Origin: the human T2T-CHM13v2.0 reference genome, Homo sapiens
Assembly: GCF_009914755.1 (NCBI RefSeq)
Contig: NC_060944.1
Strand: one strand, 5' to 3'
Length of the DNA: 64,000 bases
Below the pieces are notes generated by a model. The model had not been told where the DNA came from. It ran no database searches and saw only the letters and a list, made by a program, of their open reading frames with translations. Within the stretch, counting starts at the first letter, position 1. Each line of letters starts with the position of its first letter. Positions 44,580-61,280 of the stretch are shown here, piece after piece. A program made the position numbers and the translations under genes.

Positions 44580-45010
44580 TGTATTAATCAGCTATTGCCA
44601 TAATAATGCTGTGCAATAAATCACCCCAAAATGCAGTCCCCTACAACAAAAATATTTATTCTCATGCTCACAGGTCTGTAAGATGACTATGGTTCAGCTG
44701 ATGTAGGCTGGGCTCAGTGGGGTGGTTCTACTGCAAGCTGTGAGTTGCTTGGGCTTGGTTCCAGACTGTGACTTGGGTTCAAACTTGCTCCATGTATCTC
44801 TCATCCTCCTTAAGCCAAGAGCTACAGGGGCATCTTCTTGTCATGGCAAATGTCAGGAACACAAGCAACAAATCCTTTTATGCAGTGCATGTAAATCCTT
44901 TGCTCACATTCTCTCCACTAGCATTTCATTAGCTAAATTAAGTCCCATGGTCAAGTCCAACATCAATGGCATGGAAATATTCTCTGCTCACAGTGGGAGG
45001 ACACTGATTT

Positions 45011-45042
<32 letters not shown>

Positions 45043-45090
45043 ATCTTATTATAGGGGACTGAAGAATTAAGACCAATAATCTAATCTGCA
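44580..45090 (-). mobile_element. MLT1 LTR
   Basis: tgtattaatcagctattgccatataatgctgtg...aaatcaccccaaaat...atttattctcatgctcac. Confidence 0.65.
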
Positions 45091-46941
45091 AAGCACTGGT
45101 TTTGAATTGTCCGTAGTCTGTCTGTGCCCAGAAATCTATAGACCTTTAGAAGAAAAGACAGCAGTATACCAGCAGGAAGTACACATCAGATTGTTTCCCC
45201 AGTATAGCGATGGATTTATTTAGACTTACGTCTTGTTTATCTTCCTGTCACCATGTAGCGTTCACAAAAGGAACTACAAATATCAGGATAGCAATCCGTG
45301 ATCATGTTGTTGAGATTTTGCCCTTACAAAACTCTCCCATGTAGAGTCAAACATGGACTGCTTTCTTATCATAGTCACGTTGCAGCAGGAGCCTCTTATT
45401 TTATTTCTATAAAATTTCTGAAATGTTCTTGCAAACAGTACACATTTGATAAATATTGGTTGAAAGAGTAGGAGGCAGAGTACTAATATGGGAGAAATTA
45501 GAAGGACACAACCAGTAGAATTCTCACAGGTTTCTGTGCTTTTTCAGCATGGGAAAGTAAAGTGTTATATCACACTCGACATGAATGCTATGGAAATTTA
45601 TCATCTGAAATAAATATGTGATCTTAAAGGAATATTAACTGAGAACATTTAGCTTCTATGTGGCATTATTTAAGCTAACAAAATAGCCTCGCACTTCCCT
45701 ATATTTCTTCACCGTTATTGTAAGGCTTTTAAAATCCCTTCTGGAAACCTCAAGTTTACACATCCCTCTACTTAATTTTTCATTGTTTATGTGCTTCCTG
45801 TGACGATAGCTAGACAGACAAGGCTGATAAAAAAGAAAGCTTGTCCTTATCAAAGACTTACGGGTAACTGTGTTAATGTGCCTTGCTTTTTCTACCAGTG
45901 GAAGCCCCCTATTTCACTAAGAACTCACCCATTTGCAGCATTTAAAATGGATGGAAAGTTATAAGCCAGCCAAAATGTCCTTCTAAAAGAATGAAATGAA
46001 TACTAATCTAATTGCCCAAGAATGCATATGCTGGGCTTGGAAAATAAGCCTTCTACATTGGTTCCCCCTGCTGGATTTGAGGATGCACTGTCTTGGAAAT
46101 TGATGAAAGCAATATACCTGGACCGTTTTATCTGAGGACATGTTACTGGAATGGCAAATCCAGCATTCTTCTAGAAAGCATTTGCTCTGTGATAAATGTG
46201 CCAAGTGTTTCTTGAGTTTGCTTCCCCAGGGCAGAAATACTGCAAATAGAAAACAGTGCCACTGAGACTCAAAGAGAAAACAAAAGCATGCCACTCAGAT
46301 GTCTGTTCTAGGGAGTGGGGTAGCACACAAGGAACTAAGGGTAAAAACCCAGAAGCAGTAGACTAGGTAAACTGCCAGACTGGTTGTTACTATTAGAAAG
46401 CTGGATTTCAGGGTCTGACCATGGATTTCCTTCTTATGCATTTACAACTATTAGAACCAATTCCTCACCTTTCTGTAATTTAACTGCTGTTTTTCTTTCC
46501 CTTCTTATCTTCCTCACTTCATAAGTAATCTCCCTACCCCTACTCTGTAGAAGATGTGGTAACCAGAGTACTTTCAAAGGAAGCTTGTCACCTGCAAACT
46601 TCATGGCTATTGTGAAATGTGTTAAAAGGTCTGTCTTTTGAGGGAGACAGAGAAGCTGGCAGATTTTTCCTGCTTGACTCAGAGTCCATTTGGTGGGAGG
46701 AAAGGGACAGATATTGGCTAAGTTTTTGGCACATGCTCCTGCACCAACTTGGCCTTGTTAAGACAGCAAGAACAGCAGAAGTGACTATTTCCTCCCTAGA
46801 GCAAAGGCCAATGCTGTTTCCTTCATGGAGAACCAGAACAGGGAAAATATCAGATAATCATGTAGTACTTGTAAATATGCCATTTAGAACACTGAATTTA
46901 AGTGGCATGCAGAGCCACCCCAGGTTCTCATATTATATTCA

Positions 46942-47241
46942 GGCCAGGTGTGGTGTCTTATGCCTGTAATCCCGGCAGTTTGGGAGGCTAAGGTGGGAGG
47001 ATTGCTTTAGGCCAGGAGTTCAAAACCAGCCTAGGCAACAAAGCAAGACCCTTTCTCTCCAAAAAAATAAAAAATCAGTCAGGCTTGGTGGCATGTGCCT
47101 TGTAGACCCTGCTACTCAGGAGGCTGAGGTGGGAGGATCGCTTGAGTCCAGGAGTTAAAGGCTGCAGTGAGCTATGAACATGCCACTGCACTCCAGGCTG
47201 GACAACACAGCAAGGCTCTGTGTCTATTAAAAAAAAAAAAA
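46942..47241 (+). mobile_element. AluJ
   Basis: ggaggattgcttt/ggaggatcgcttgag and gtgagctatga diagnostics; A tail. Confidence 0.9.
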
Positions 47242-48857
47242 GTAGTTATATTGTGTCCACCGTCACAAACGGCACAGGGCTAACCCAACACAGGGGGTCC
47301 TGTACGTATATTTATTAACTGCATTCTTCGCCAACCTCAGAGTATCATTCTTTTTTCTTTTTTTGTCCTTCTATTATAAACTTTTTTTCCCCATTTAGGT
47401 CAAATCTAAATGTTTCCCCATCTGAAACTTTCTTCAGTAGGTCGTTTTCCAGAGCTGCAGGTAAAATGCTTCCCCACTGCTTCTGAGGCTTTTGTTTCAG
47501 CTCTGCTACTAGTGGCCTCCTCTTGGGAGGCTTCTCTTGCCTCGGAATTAAGAGTTGGTAGGAGGAGGAGATGGCGGGTCAAAGCACTCAAGCAAGACAA
47601 CGTTAAGTGATTCAGTCCTGCTTGTGGGTCAGGAATTTTTAAAGGGCTCAGCTGGATGTCTCTTCTGCTCCTTGTGACACTGGCTGAGGTCACCGCTCAG
47701 CTGCATTTGGTTGGCAGCTGGCAGGGTGGAAAGGTTCAAGAAGGCTTGGCTCACAGGTCTGGCCCTTCATGCTCCCCACACATCTTTTCTCCCTCTCTCC
47801 ATGTGTCTCCCTCCATTTGGCAGGCCAGCTTCAACTTCTTTACAGCATGGGGATTGGCTTCCCAGGGGGAGAAAGTAGAGGCTGCCAGGTCTTGCAGGGT
47901 AGCTTGTAGGTCCCAGAATATCACTTCCACCATATTTCATTGGTCTAAAGAAGTTTCACAGCCAGTCAGGACTTAAAGAGAAGGAATGGGCTCCACTCCT
48001 TCAGAGACAAAGCATTTGTGGCCATCTTTAACCCACATGAATATAGGTTGGTAACTTCTGCTTCTGTTTTCTGTACTTCACTATATGTTTTATACTTTAT
48101 TCTTATGTCTTTGTATAAATTCATCATTTTTATTTGCTTCATTTTCCAAACCAAAAGCAATTTGGAGACCCTCCCAGCAATGAGTTATAAAACCATGCCT
48201 ATACTTAACCTTCAAAAAGCTTATTATTTCTACAGATAAATCCACAGATATAGTAGCTATTTTAAGAAAAAAGAAAGTTTCAGATAGTTGCTAATATACA
48301 GCCTTCATTGCACCTGACCAGTTATTTTTCAGATAGCTATATATGATAGCATAAACTCAACCAACATAATCTGTTCAAGACAAAATATTTTATAGCATAG
48401 GTATGTTAGACTGCCATATGGAAGTTAAGTGAAAATTGACCTTTTTTTTGCAGCATATATCATACAGAGAAATAAAGGGCGAGAAACTTAGCCAACCTTC
48501 CTTACACAGTGCATGTTACTTAAGTCAAGGGAGAAAAGTGGACTGGAGTTGAAGTTTCTATTATATTTTGGGAAATGCCGAGCAAGGAGAGACTTGTTAC
48601 CGGGACTGCTGAGTGAATTTTGTTTACTGCGGTTAAACATTTCATCTAGCAAATCATGTGAGAAGGGATGAGTATAAATGCACTTATTTATGTAGGTAAT
48701 TTTTCTGTTTCATGCCTCTGATTCATCTCTCTGCCTGGCTTTATGGGGAGTCATGCTACATTGGTTACAATTAATTTCAGTGCTGCATATTAGCCGTAAA
48801 GAGATATTTCACAAATTGACTTGATGCATTTTTTTTCCTCTGTGGTTTTCTTGAAAG

Positions 48858-48920
48858 ATGAGAACGGTCCAGAGGAGAAGCAAAGTGTGGAAGAAATGGA
48901 AGAGCAGAGCCAAGATGCAG
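48858..48920 (+). CDS. MACROD2: MACROD2 internal coding exon (63 nt, phase 1-1): (D)ENGPEEKQSVEEMEEQSQDA
   Basis: T-rich tract ending ttgaaAG; donor GCAG|GTAGG; purine-rich; continues the frame from exon 1360-1407. Confidence 0.93.
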
Positions 48921-50186
48921 GTAGGCTCAGATTTCTTTTGAGAAGTCACCTAGGCCTCATCTGCAGAGGTGAACAGTAACTTCACTCAATGCTATTGTCT
49001 GAAAATGCTTATACATTTCACCAGATGAACTCCAGTGTTCATTCAGGGTCTCCCTCAGGAAGCCACCATCTCCGATAACTATGAGTTGAGTGCTTTCAAA
49101 CAGAGTGGCACATTCTCACATCTCATTCACCAATTCAATTTTCTGCCCTGTAACAGTTTGCCTGGCAAAGCTCTAAGAGGGACGGGCGGAGGTTGAAAGT
49201 GCCAAGGCAGAGCTTGGCTGAGTTAGGTCAAGCTCAAATTAGTACATTTAGCTTGAGGGAAAAAATGAAATAAAAACTGATGAAAGGAAATGAAGAAGAG
49301 GCTTGGCCTGCACAGTGAGTAGAATGTTCTTTAGTGTATTGCATTAAATTTTGAAGAGCTATGCTTCAGGTTATTTCTCTGCATATTGCAGGAGATGGTG
49401 TGATGGGCCTGACTACCCCACACACAGAGCTCGAAGTAAGATCTAAACCCTTCCTGACATCCCCTCTGTTCACTAAAGGACAGATGTGTCCATTGAAAGT
49501 TTATATATTCCACACCGTAGATTATAAATTGAACATTTTAAAATAAAATAGCACTTAAGGCTCAAAAGGGATTGAAGTCACCTGTGATTTATTATCTCTT
49601 CCTATCCATTTTTGTACTCAGTCATGCTCTCCTTTAAAAGAATGATAGGCACAATCATTCACTCACCAACATAACCAGCAAAAAAATAAAAATAAAAATC
49701 CCTGTTCCCTTTAGTTTCCCAGTTATTCTCCCAACTCTAATAAGCCCCATGGAGGGGCACTTCTGAAGTAGTGAGCCCTACTGTTTGCCAAGCACATCCT
49801 AGGCCATATGCTGAACTCTTGGAATTAAACCAGGTAGTGTGATAAGTTTTTCACTGTAAACTTCTTACATTAACCTTGGAGATTTTGCTAGGGATCTGGA
49901 AGCTTTTATTATTAACCTGGAAGACGGAACTGAAGAAGGCCAATCAGAGAAAGCACTGAAGCAAGGCAGCAAGGACTTTGTGTACCTGTGACTGGGTCGG
50001 CCGGCGTCCTTTGCTGCAAGATAGTCCTTGCAATGAAATGAATTTCTGATGCAGAAAACTGTTGTTATCCAACCCTCCCCCACCCCCAACCCACACATTC
50101 TGCTCCATAGCAGATGAGTGAAAAGCTGTCACTGTTTTTATTGTTTGGGGCTGACAAGTATTAGTCAACAAACTGCTGACAGCTGA

Positions 50187-50571
<385 letters not shown>

Positions 50572-51600
50572 CAAAGTGTCCTTATCGAAAAAGATTGTTT
50601 CCCATCCCTGTACATACATGTACACACGCACACTCACACACACGTATGCATGCACTCACATACACATGTATGCATGCACTCACATTTGCCTGTGTTTGAT
50701 TTATTCATCTTTTCCCTTTAACCAGTTGAGAACAAGTAGTTTGTAGATTTGAGATCCTTTTGCCTGTGAGGAGGGAGTGGTAGAATGTCAGCCCTCTTCT
50801 CCAGCCCTTGAATCTGATAGCGTTATCACCACAATAGGGGCACTTCTCAATGTGAAGAAGGGTCCTAAATGCATCCCTGAGTGACTCCCCTTACTTTTCC
50901 AAGTGAGCTCGCCGGCCGGCACAGAGGCCAATGGCAGAGTCCACCTATAATCCTGGCCAGTGTCAACACACATAGTTACGTTCACACTGCTCATTTCTTA
51001 TCCTCCCTAATCAGAGCTCAGAGAAATCGAAGATGTGGTTATGGGTCGTTAAAGCTCTTTTGACCTGCTGGTATTTTTCCAAAATAAAAGTATCTTCTTT
51101 TCATTCAATATAATTTCCAGCTTCAATTTCGATTATATAGCTCTGCAGGCCTCTTACACGTCATGAAAAAACACAATCTTAAAACACTGTAATCCAGCAG
51201 TTTTGACTGTTGTCATGATCAAATCAGATCAAAGTTGTAGATAATATTCTTCCAAAAAATTTAACAAATACATATCAAGGGTTCATTGTGTCATAGGCAC
51301 CATTCCAGGCACTGAAGAATAAACCAACAACCAATAAAAACAACATCTCTGTTTCTTTGAAATTTATATTCTGGTGGGGGTTCCAAACAATAAACAAATA
51401 AAAATGATAACATCAATAGTGATAAATGCCTTGCTGAGAAATAAGGAAACATAGAAGGAATGCCCAGAAGGCAAATTTCCATTGTCTGGGTTTGGGACGG
51501 ACTCTCTGAGGAAGTGATAGTTAAAATGAGATCTAAATGATGAGATAGTGACAGAGAATTCTGTTCCAAAGGACACCTGACCTGCAAGTAATAGTACATG

Positions 51601-52240
51601 CATCATGGACAAAAGATAGGCTAGAAAATAAGTGATTTGTGATTTGCTTCCAAATATGTGTTAGTTTTCATGCATATATGAGTTATCTTTAGTTCCCCGA
51701 CCCTGCTACTACATAAAAAACTATGAATATGTATGTGTGCATATGTACTATATATATAGTTTATATGTATAAATATACCATATATGTATAAATATACTAT
51801 ATATAAACTATAGAGTCCATGTAGTATATATATGCATATGTAATGTGTGTGTATATATATACACACATATGTAATGTGTGTGTGTATATATATAGTTTTT
51901 CATGTAGTATCGGAATATGTATATATAACTATGTACGTAACTATATATCGCTATTATATATAAGTATATAGCTATACATATTTTCTGCTACTATATGAAA
52001 AACTATATATATACTATATATGTATATGTATACTATATATACTCTATAATTTATATATAGTATATTTATACATATAAACTATATATATACTCTATATATA
52101 CACATGTGCACACTATAAATACTTTTTTCTATAGTAACAGGGTCATAGAACTAAAGATAACTCATATATGCATGAAAACTGACACACATTTGGAATCAAA
52201 TCACAAATCACATATTTTCTAGCCCATCTTTTGTCCATAA

Positions 52241-52242
<2 letters not shown>
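51601..52242. repeat. Long inverted repeat: 124-bp arms (51601-51724 and 52119-52242) around a TA-rich spacer
   Basis: Manual ungapped alignment of the left arm with the reverse complement of the right arm: 111/124 identical. Confidence 0.93.
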
Positions 52243-52273
<31 letters not shown>

Positions 52274-53060
52274 TCATTTTCCAGTTATCAGGTATTAAAC
52301 ATTGCAAATGATTTTAGTAATCCTGCCTGTCTAGATTTACTGTTTGAATGGGAGGGAGTAGGCTAGTTAGCTGTTATCGTGGAGGCCAAACATGACTAGA
52401 GTCACTAGGGGCTGATGACACTGAGGAGAGAAAGGTCTACTCTAATGTAGTTCATTGTTGCTGTGAGGGGAACAGAGAGTTCCATGTCCTTAGTCCCCAT
52501 TTTCCCATTCTGTTCTTGGGTGACATGAAAGTTCCTGGTGGCTTCTGGTGACCTGTGCCGAATGCTCCCCTTCTTCCAGGCCTCTGTGCTGACAGCCATC
52601 AGAGCTGCTCCCTGCAGTTTGACAGCCTGGCATAATGGAGCAGAAGTGCTGTGCTAAGAAAAAAACAAACTTTAGAAACATGCACATAAAAGCACTTTGT
52701 AGGAACTTGCAAGGATATACTTTCTTTCACAATCTGTTATCAAGAAAAATAATATACCATCCTTTGAGGGATGAGGAAGAAACAAAATGCCAAAGGATAC
52801 TACTAGCAACAAGTGGCATTCTTCACTAAGAAATAGATTGTAGCCCATTGGTCTCTGACTTAACTGAAGGTTCCTGTTTCACTAATTATAAAAGAGAGTC
52901 CCAAACCACTAGCCCCTTCAAAGAGCATTCAGTGTATTCAAGCATGCGGCAGGCTCATGCTTTCTTTGGTGGAGAGTGGAGGGAGGTGCAGGGCAGGAAA
53001 GCCACAGCTGGACTTCCGGAAGGATGAACTCTGAGGCAGTGTTTCTTTTCTGCTTTATAG

Positions 53061-53129
53061 ATGGTGTCAACACTGTCACTGTGCCCGGCCCTGCTTCAGA
53101 AGAGGCAGTTGAAGACTGTAAAGATGAAG
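53061..53129 (+). CDS. MACROD2: MACROD2 internal coding exon (69 nt, phase 1-1): (D)GVNTVTVPGPASEEAVEDCKDE
   Basis: tttcttttctgctttatAG acceptor; GAAG|GTATGA donor; peptide visible inside ORF 52976..53230. Confidence 0.94.
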
Positions 53130-53831
53130 GTATGAGGCTACTAACTATATCTAATAATTGCAGACTCTTAAAAGAGACTGTTTGGGCTTGTTTACATGGA
53201 AAAATGAAGCAGCAAGTCAAATATAACTAGGTTTTCTTAAGTGTCTCTGTTTCCAATATAATTGACTACACCACCTACTCTCTTTTATTGCATACCTAGC
53301 CTGTATAGAAAATTTATATATATATATATATGTGTGTATATATGTATATATAACATTTACATTTGTTCCTTTGGAAAATAACTGTTTATGAAATGAGAGA
53401 ATGATCAGAGAAATTATGTTTAGAGATGTTTATTTAAAACACCAGAATTAATCAGTTCTGCTCTTTACAGCCACTCATCAGGAAAAGGTTTGAAAGAGTG
53501 GCATTTGAGGACCACCAACCAGGGAGCACCATTTTTCAAAAAAGAAATGTTTGAAAGGCATCCTTAGAAATGAATCTTTGGCAAGAGCATCATTCTCCAT
53601 TCTGTCAGCAGTTACTATGAGAAAATGTTTCTGACCCAAGTATTTCCAGAAAAAGTAAAAAAAAAAAAACAATTTACTTTTCTAGGAGACAGTTTGAGGA
53701 AGGAAGAAGTAGGGAGACATTGATCTGGGGATGCTACAATTAAAAAAATATATATCTAAAGGAAAACAAAATAGTGCTTTTTCTTCTCTCTCTCCTGGTT
53801 CATTGGCAAGTCCCCAGATGGAAAAGTAATA

Positions 53832-56308
<2,477 letters not shown>

Positions 56309-59300
56309 GTATCTAAAAATATAACTGATGTCAAATACCCACATAGGCTCTGATAGGAAACCCTAGGTCATCTTAGAGAGACAAATAAATGTGATCAAAT
56401 GTGATCAGAGCGAAAAGACAGAAAGTGGTGTTCACCTTAAGCAAAAATTTTGGACATACCAATCATTTAGTTTGTGATAAAAATTTTAAAGTGTCATGAA
56501 GTTGAGTGGCAGAGTTTAAGAAACATGAAAGAGGGATAATTTAATTTGAATGTGACCATGTTTCAGGCTGGGATTTTTCCTGTTGAGTTGTTTAATTTGG
56601 AGATATCACACCTTCACAGAAGCACACTGTTTGTGATGTTTCTTGATGCTTTTAGGAACTCACACCATTAATTGCTTATGCCAGGATCCATGTTTTGGAA
56701 TACTTTTAGGATTTTTTTTAACATAAAACTTTTAATGATGGTAACTCCATGAAGGAGTTCTGTCATGTATCACAAATGCAGTTCCTATGTAAGACTAAAT
56801 GTGAAGTTTTATGAGTATTACTGAAATAAGCCATTAATATCTATTAACCTATTTACTTAGGGAAAATAGAAATGTTTTGAAATCCACACTAGTATGCAAT
56901 CTTCTTTCAATTAAAAACAGAATGCCTAGGGTATGATTTTTGCCTTTTTCTTCTGAAATAGCATGTATAGAAAACCACTGTTTTTAATTGATTATCAGTT
57001 CAGAGCTTAGACCAGCTTAGAACAAGTGTCTAATGCTTATGGAACTATCATCTTGACTGATAGATACCTAGCTTAGAAAAAAAAATCCGTTGAAATCCTT
57101 CAAGATTGAGGTCAAGATAAGGTTAAAAGGCAGTCATATGCGTTGAGGATTCATTTCAAACATTCTCCATTATTAGCTTTCATGCAGAAATATCTCTTCT
57201 CAGTGACATCTGGGCTATTTTAGAGCTCTGCAGTTATAAGATTGCTTATAGAAATGCTCATTACACTCTCCAATTTAAGTGGCAGAACATTTTTGCTGAT
57301 CAAATGTCCTGAAGAAGCCCTTGCTCTCTTGAGTTCGTTTTCAGACTTTGATCCTGACCAAGCATCTTCTTGGGCTTTAGAATCACTGATATTATGGACA
57401 GGTCTTTTTTTCTCTTTCTAATAAAACTCCCAAGGATTTTGAGGCTCATTCAGTTATTTCCAGCTTTGCTTGTTAGTGGGCTGGCTTTACATTTGTTACA
57501 ACCTTGGTTTCCACAGGAAATTAGCATCTTCTAGGGTGAAAGTATTGAAAACAAACAAATAAAAAATAAGATGGCTAATGTCACTTTGGAGACCAGATAT
57601 TTAAAAAATTCGAACAGTCATGGGAAAGTTGAAGAATTTCAAAAGGAAGTATTGTAGTGCAGGTGTCCTCTTTGCCAGCAGTTTTGTTTTAATGTTCTAG
57701 ACATATTTTCCACTGGGAACCAGGAACCCATGTTTGCTGCCTGCTTACCCCCATGTACTTGCTAACTGTGCCAGCTGCCAACAGAAGGAGATGCAACTGA
57801 CTGGCTCATGGATCAAGAGCTAGATTGTGAGCTACACACTGATGACACCTGTTCCCAATGAGCCATTAAAGCCATAGGGTGGGCAGGAGTTGAGCTGGGA
57901 GCATGAGATACTAGCAGGAAGAATGCTGATGAATAATTCATCCAGAATGCATGCCAAAGATTTGGCAACCAGGATTGAATTGAAATTAACTCCAAGGTAA
58001 AGCTGGCCTGGGAAAAGATTTGTGGGTTGGTAGGCATTTTGAGGTTATTTGTGAAATAGGATGTGTACTTATCTATTGAGGACTTCTTTCTCTACTGGTT
58101 AAAAATACTCTGTTGATTTAATGGTAGTTTGCACTTTAAATCCTTAAAAACAAATTTAGGAGTACAAGTATTAAGGCTATTTAAGTTAACAAATATACAA
58201 GCAATCACATTAAATGGGCATATAAACACAGGAATGTCAAGTACTCCAGATGAAACTTTTACAAAGTTATTATTATTACTATTTAAGATATAGTCAACCT
58301 CTTTAAGATAAATAATATGCTCTGTTCTAGTTTTTTCAACACTTCCAATAGCTCATTTTCACCTAGAGCCAAGGCTAAGGCAGCTTTCTGGGGGAAAATA
58401 AAGTGCTGTTTAAACTCGTCTTAATCCACCTGCCTTATTATTTAATCAGTACCTAATTTAAATTTGAAGGTCAACTAGACCAAATCATATGCTCATTAAT
58501 ATTAAAAACAAAATCAATTAATACTCAGGTGCATACCCAGGCTTGTATTCCTTTGGAACACCATGTAAGTCATACAATTGCTGTTTTTGGTATTTATGAA
58601 ATGGGATGTCACCTGGCAAAGGATTTATTAACTCTTGATCTAGTTTCAGACCTCTTAGAAGTCAAAATTGCTGTAGGAAAAGGGGAAAGCTAGAGCCAAG
58701 AGTCAGCCTTGCCAAAGTGAACAAAAGAGAAAGACTACATACAAGGAAGAGAATTCAGGAGTGTGCAAGAGATGAGAGCACAAATTATTCCAACCACTGA
58801 GCACTGTAGGCTTGGCCAGTGGTGTGGACTCAAAATTGCTCTGGAAAACGGCATTGTTTCTGTTCTTTGCCTGAACTGTTGAGGAGAAACAAAACCAAGG
58901 CCACCAATGAATTCCTCTCGAGACTCTCCAGGCTAATTTTTCTTTGTCCTATTCCCATTCTTGGTGTTCACCATCCCCCACTAAGCGTCCTCACCCCATC
59001 ACTCATCAGAGTGAGGACAAGGCTGTCCTGTGCCCTGGATCTGCATTGGTAGAGTGTCTGAATATGCTTGAGTATCTCTGAGTTATCCCTCTTGGATATT
59101 AGGAGCCTTAAGTGTAGAATGAAAGTGGCTGTCCTCTGCTAGTATACTGAAGGGGAAAGAACTAAGATACATTGAGTGTCTCCTGTACACAATGCTTTAC
59201 ATTTATAACAATGTAGTCTTCATTTCTCAAAAGGGTCACCTGAGACTCAGAGAAGGAGAGAGGAAAAGGGTGTGTGTGTGGGAAGTGAGGATAAGAAAAT

Positions 59301-59379
59301 GATTTTATTATGGTTAACCGCCATACCTAATACCTACATAAGCTTATACAATCCCTTTAAAAGGTAGTATTTATCATAT

Positions 59380-61280
59380 TTTTAATATAAAAATTATTTT
59401 TGCTTATAAGAATAATATATCTTTATTGTAAAATATTTTTTAATGTGAAAAATATACAATAAAAGCATATAGTCATTTTCCCTTTAAGGATTAAACTGTA
59501 GGAAAATAAAAGTCTTTATTCTATTGCTTCATTTAACAATAATACTGTGAATATTTGCCCATGTCTTCAGAAGTTCCTCAAAGGCATGGATTTTATTGGT
59601 GTCATAATATTTTATCATCTGGTTATCCCACAATTTACATAGCCAGTGCCCTAATGTTAGATAACTTAGTTATTTATAGTTTTCTTCCTATTACAAATAA
59701 TAGAAAAATGCAGTGCCTACATTTTGGATAAATCTTTGTGCATATCTATGATCAGTTCCTCAGGACAAATTCCTGGATTTTATTGATTTACGAGGGAAAA
59801 GGTTAAAACATTTGTATTACTTACATATATTTTCTTATTTTAAAAGTAATGTGTGTTTATTACACAAAAAAAATAAGCAAAAGAAGGAAGGAAAAATATC
59901 ACTCATAACCCTGGTGCCCAGAAATAAGCATATGTAATATACTGATATATAAACTCTCAATGTTTTTCTAGGCAACCTCATACATATATGGAAGGGGTTT
60001 TTTTAGGGTATTCTGCAATGCATAAAAGTTGAACCTGTCTTTCAAATATAACAGTACATTGTAAAATTCTTCCAACATCTTTTGATAGTCTATCATCATT
60101 TAATTGTGTATTCCAGTAAATAAATGTTTATATTCTTATCCAGTCTCAATTTTGAATTGTTTCTGTGGTTTCAGTTTTAAATTCCATACTGACCAGAAAC
60201 ATCCTTTTAACTTTGTAAAATGATCATGATCATTTCTGTAAGAAAATTCTAGTAAATGTGAATGCATGCAAATTTGTGTGTTTTCTACAATGAATAGTTT
60301 TTTAATTTTTTTGGTTGTTTAATTAGTATATTTATTGTATAAAATTCAAATAATGGAAGAGAATAAAAAATATTACATATAATCACATCACCCAGAGACA
60401 ACTACCATTCTCATTTTGGAGACTATCTATCATGCATCTCTTTCTGAATATATGAACATACACAGCTTTATGTGAAACGTATGATTGTAATGCAATTTTT
60501 CTCTTTTTGTTGCTTATGTACTCCTCACCATTCAATCACTCAGAGAGTAAAATACATGGACTAAGAGTCTAATCTCTTCTTCCAACTACTTGGGCCCAGA
60601 TTCCAACCCTACCCTGACTAAGCTGTGTGATCTTTCGCAAATTATTTAGTCTTTCTACTCCTCAACTTGAGTTTCCTCATACATAAAATAAGAACACTAA
60701 TAGCACCTACCTAAAAAATATTTAGCATTAAAATCATTCAGTCCATTTAAACATTTTCAAGGTGTTCCTGGTACACAGTAGGAGGCTCAATTTTTTTAGT
60801 CATTATTAAATATATATATGTTTATTTTACAAATATTGTATTATATTCCACATACCTTGCTAAATCTTGCTCTGCTACAGGCAGCCAAACTTGGTGGAAG
60901 TCTCTGCCAGTCAGTTTGCAAAGATCTAATTAATCCATTTTAAAGCTCACATGATAATCCATAGTTTGGCTGTACCATAATTTATTCAACCATTCTCCTA
61001 TGATAAACAAGCACTTTTTTTCCACTCTATTGCCACATAGACTATGCTGCAATAGACATCTTTGCACACATATCCTTATATGCTGATGCTTTTATTTGTA
61101 TGGAAAGATTCCAGAAATGTGAGTTCTGCTTTCAGCAGTATGTGTTTTTAATAGATGTTGCCAAATTGCTTTCCCAATAGGCTATAGCAATTCATATTTC
61201 TATCAGCAACTGTTATTTTTGTTCTTTCTGATTTTTGACAGTTCAATGGATGTAAAGTAATCTCTCATTATTACTTTTAA
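59380..61280 (-). mobile_element. Fragmented old L1ME 3' segments with a MIR at about 60550-60800
   Basis: taccataatttattcaaccattc; gctgcaatagacatctttg; ttgccaaattgctttcc motifs. Confidence 0.55.

Noticed and set aside
50638-50685. 24-bp tandem duplication containing two TGCATG motifs
   Set aside because: Within a CA/TG low-complexity tract more than 1.7 kb from either exon; chance explains it.
52976-53230. 84-aa ORF overlapping the third exon
   Set aside because: Only 53061-53129 is bounded by splice sites and matches MACROD2; the flanks are intronic read-through including the pyrimidine tract.
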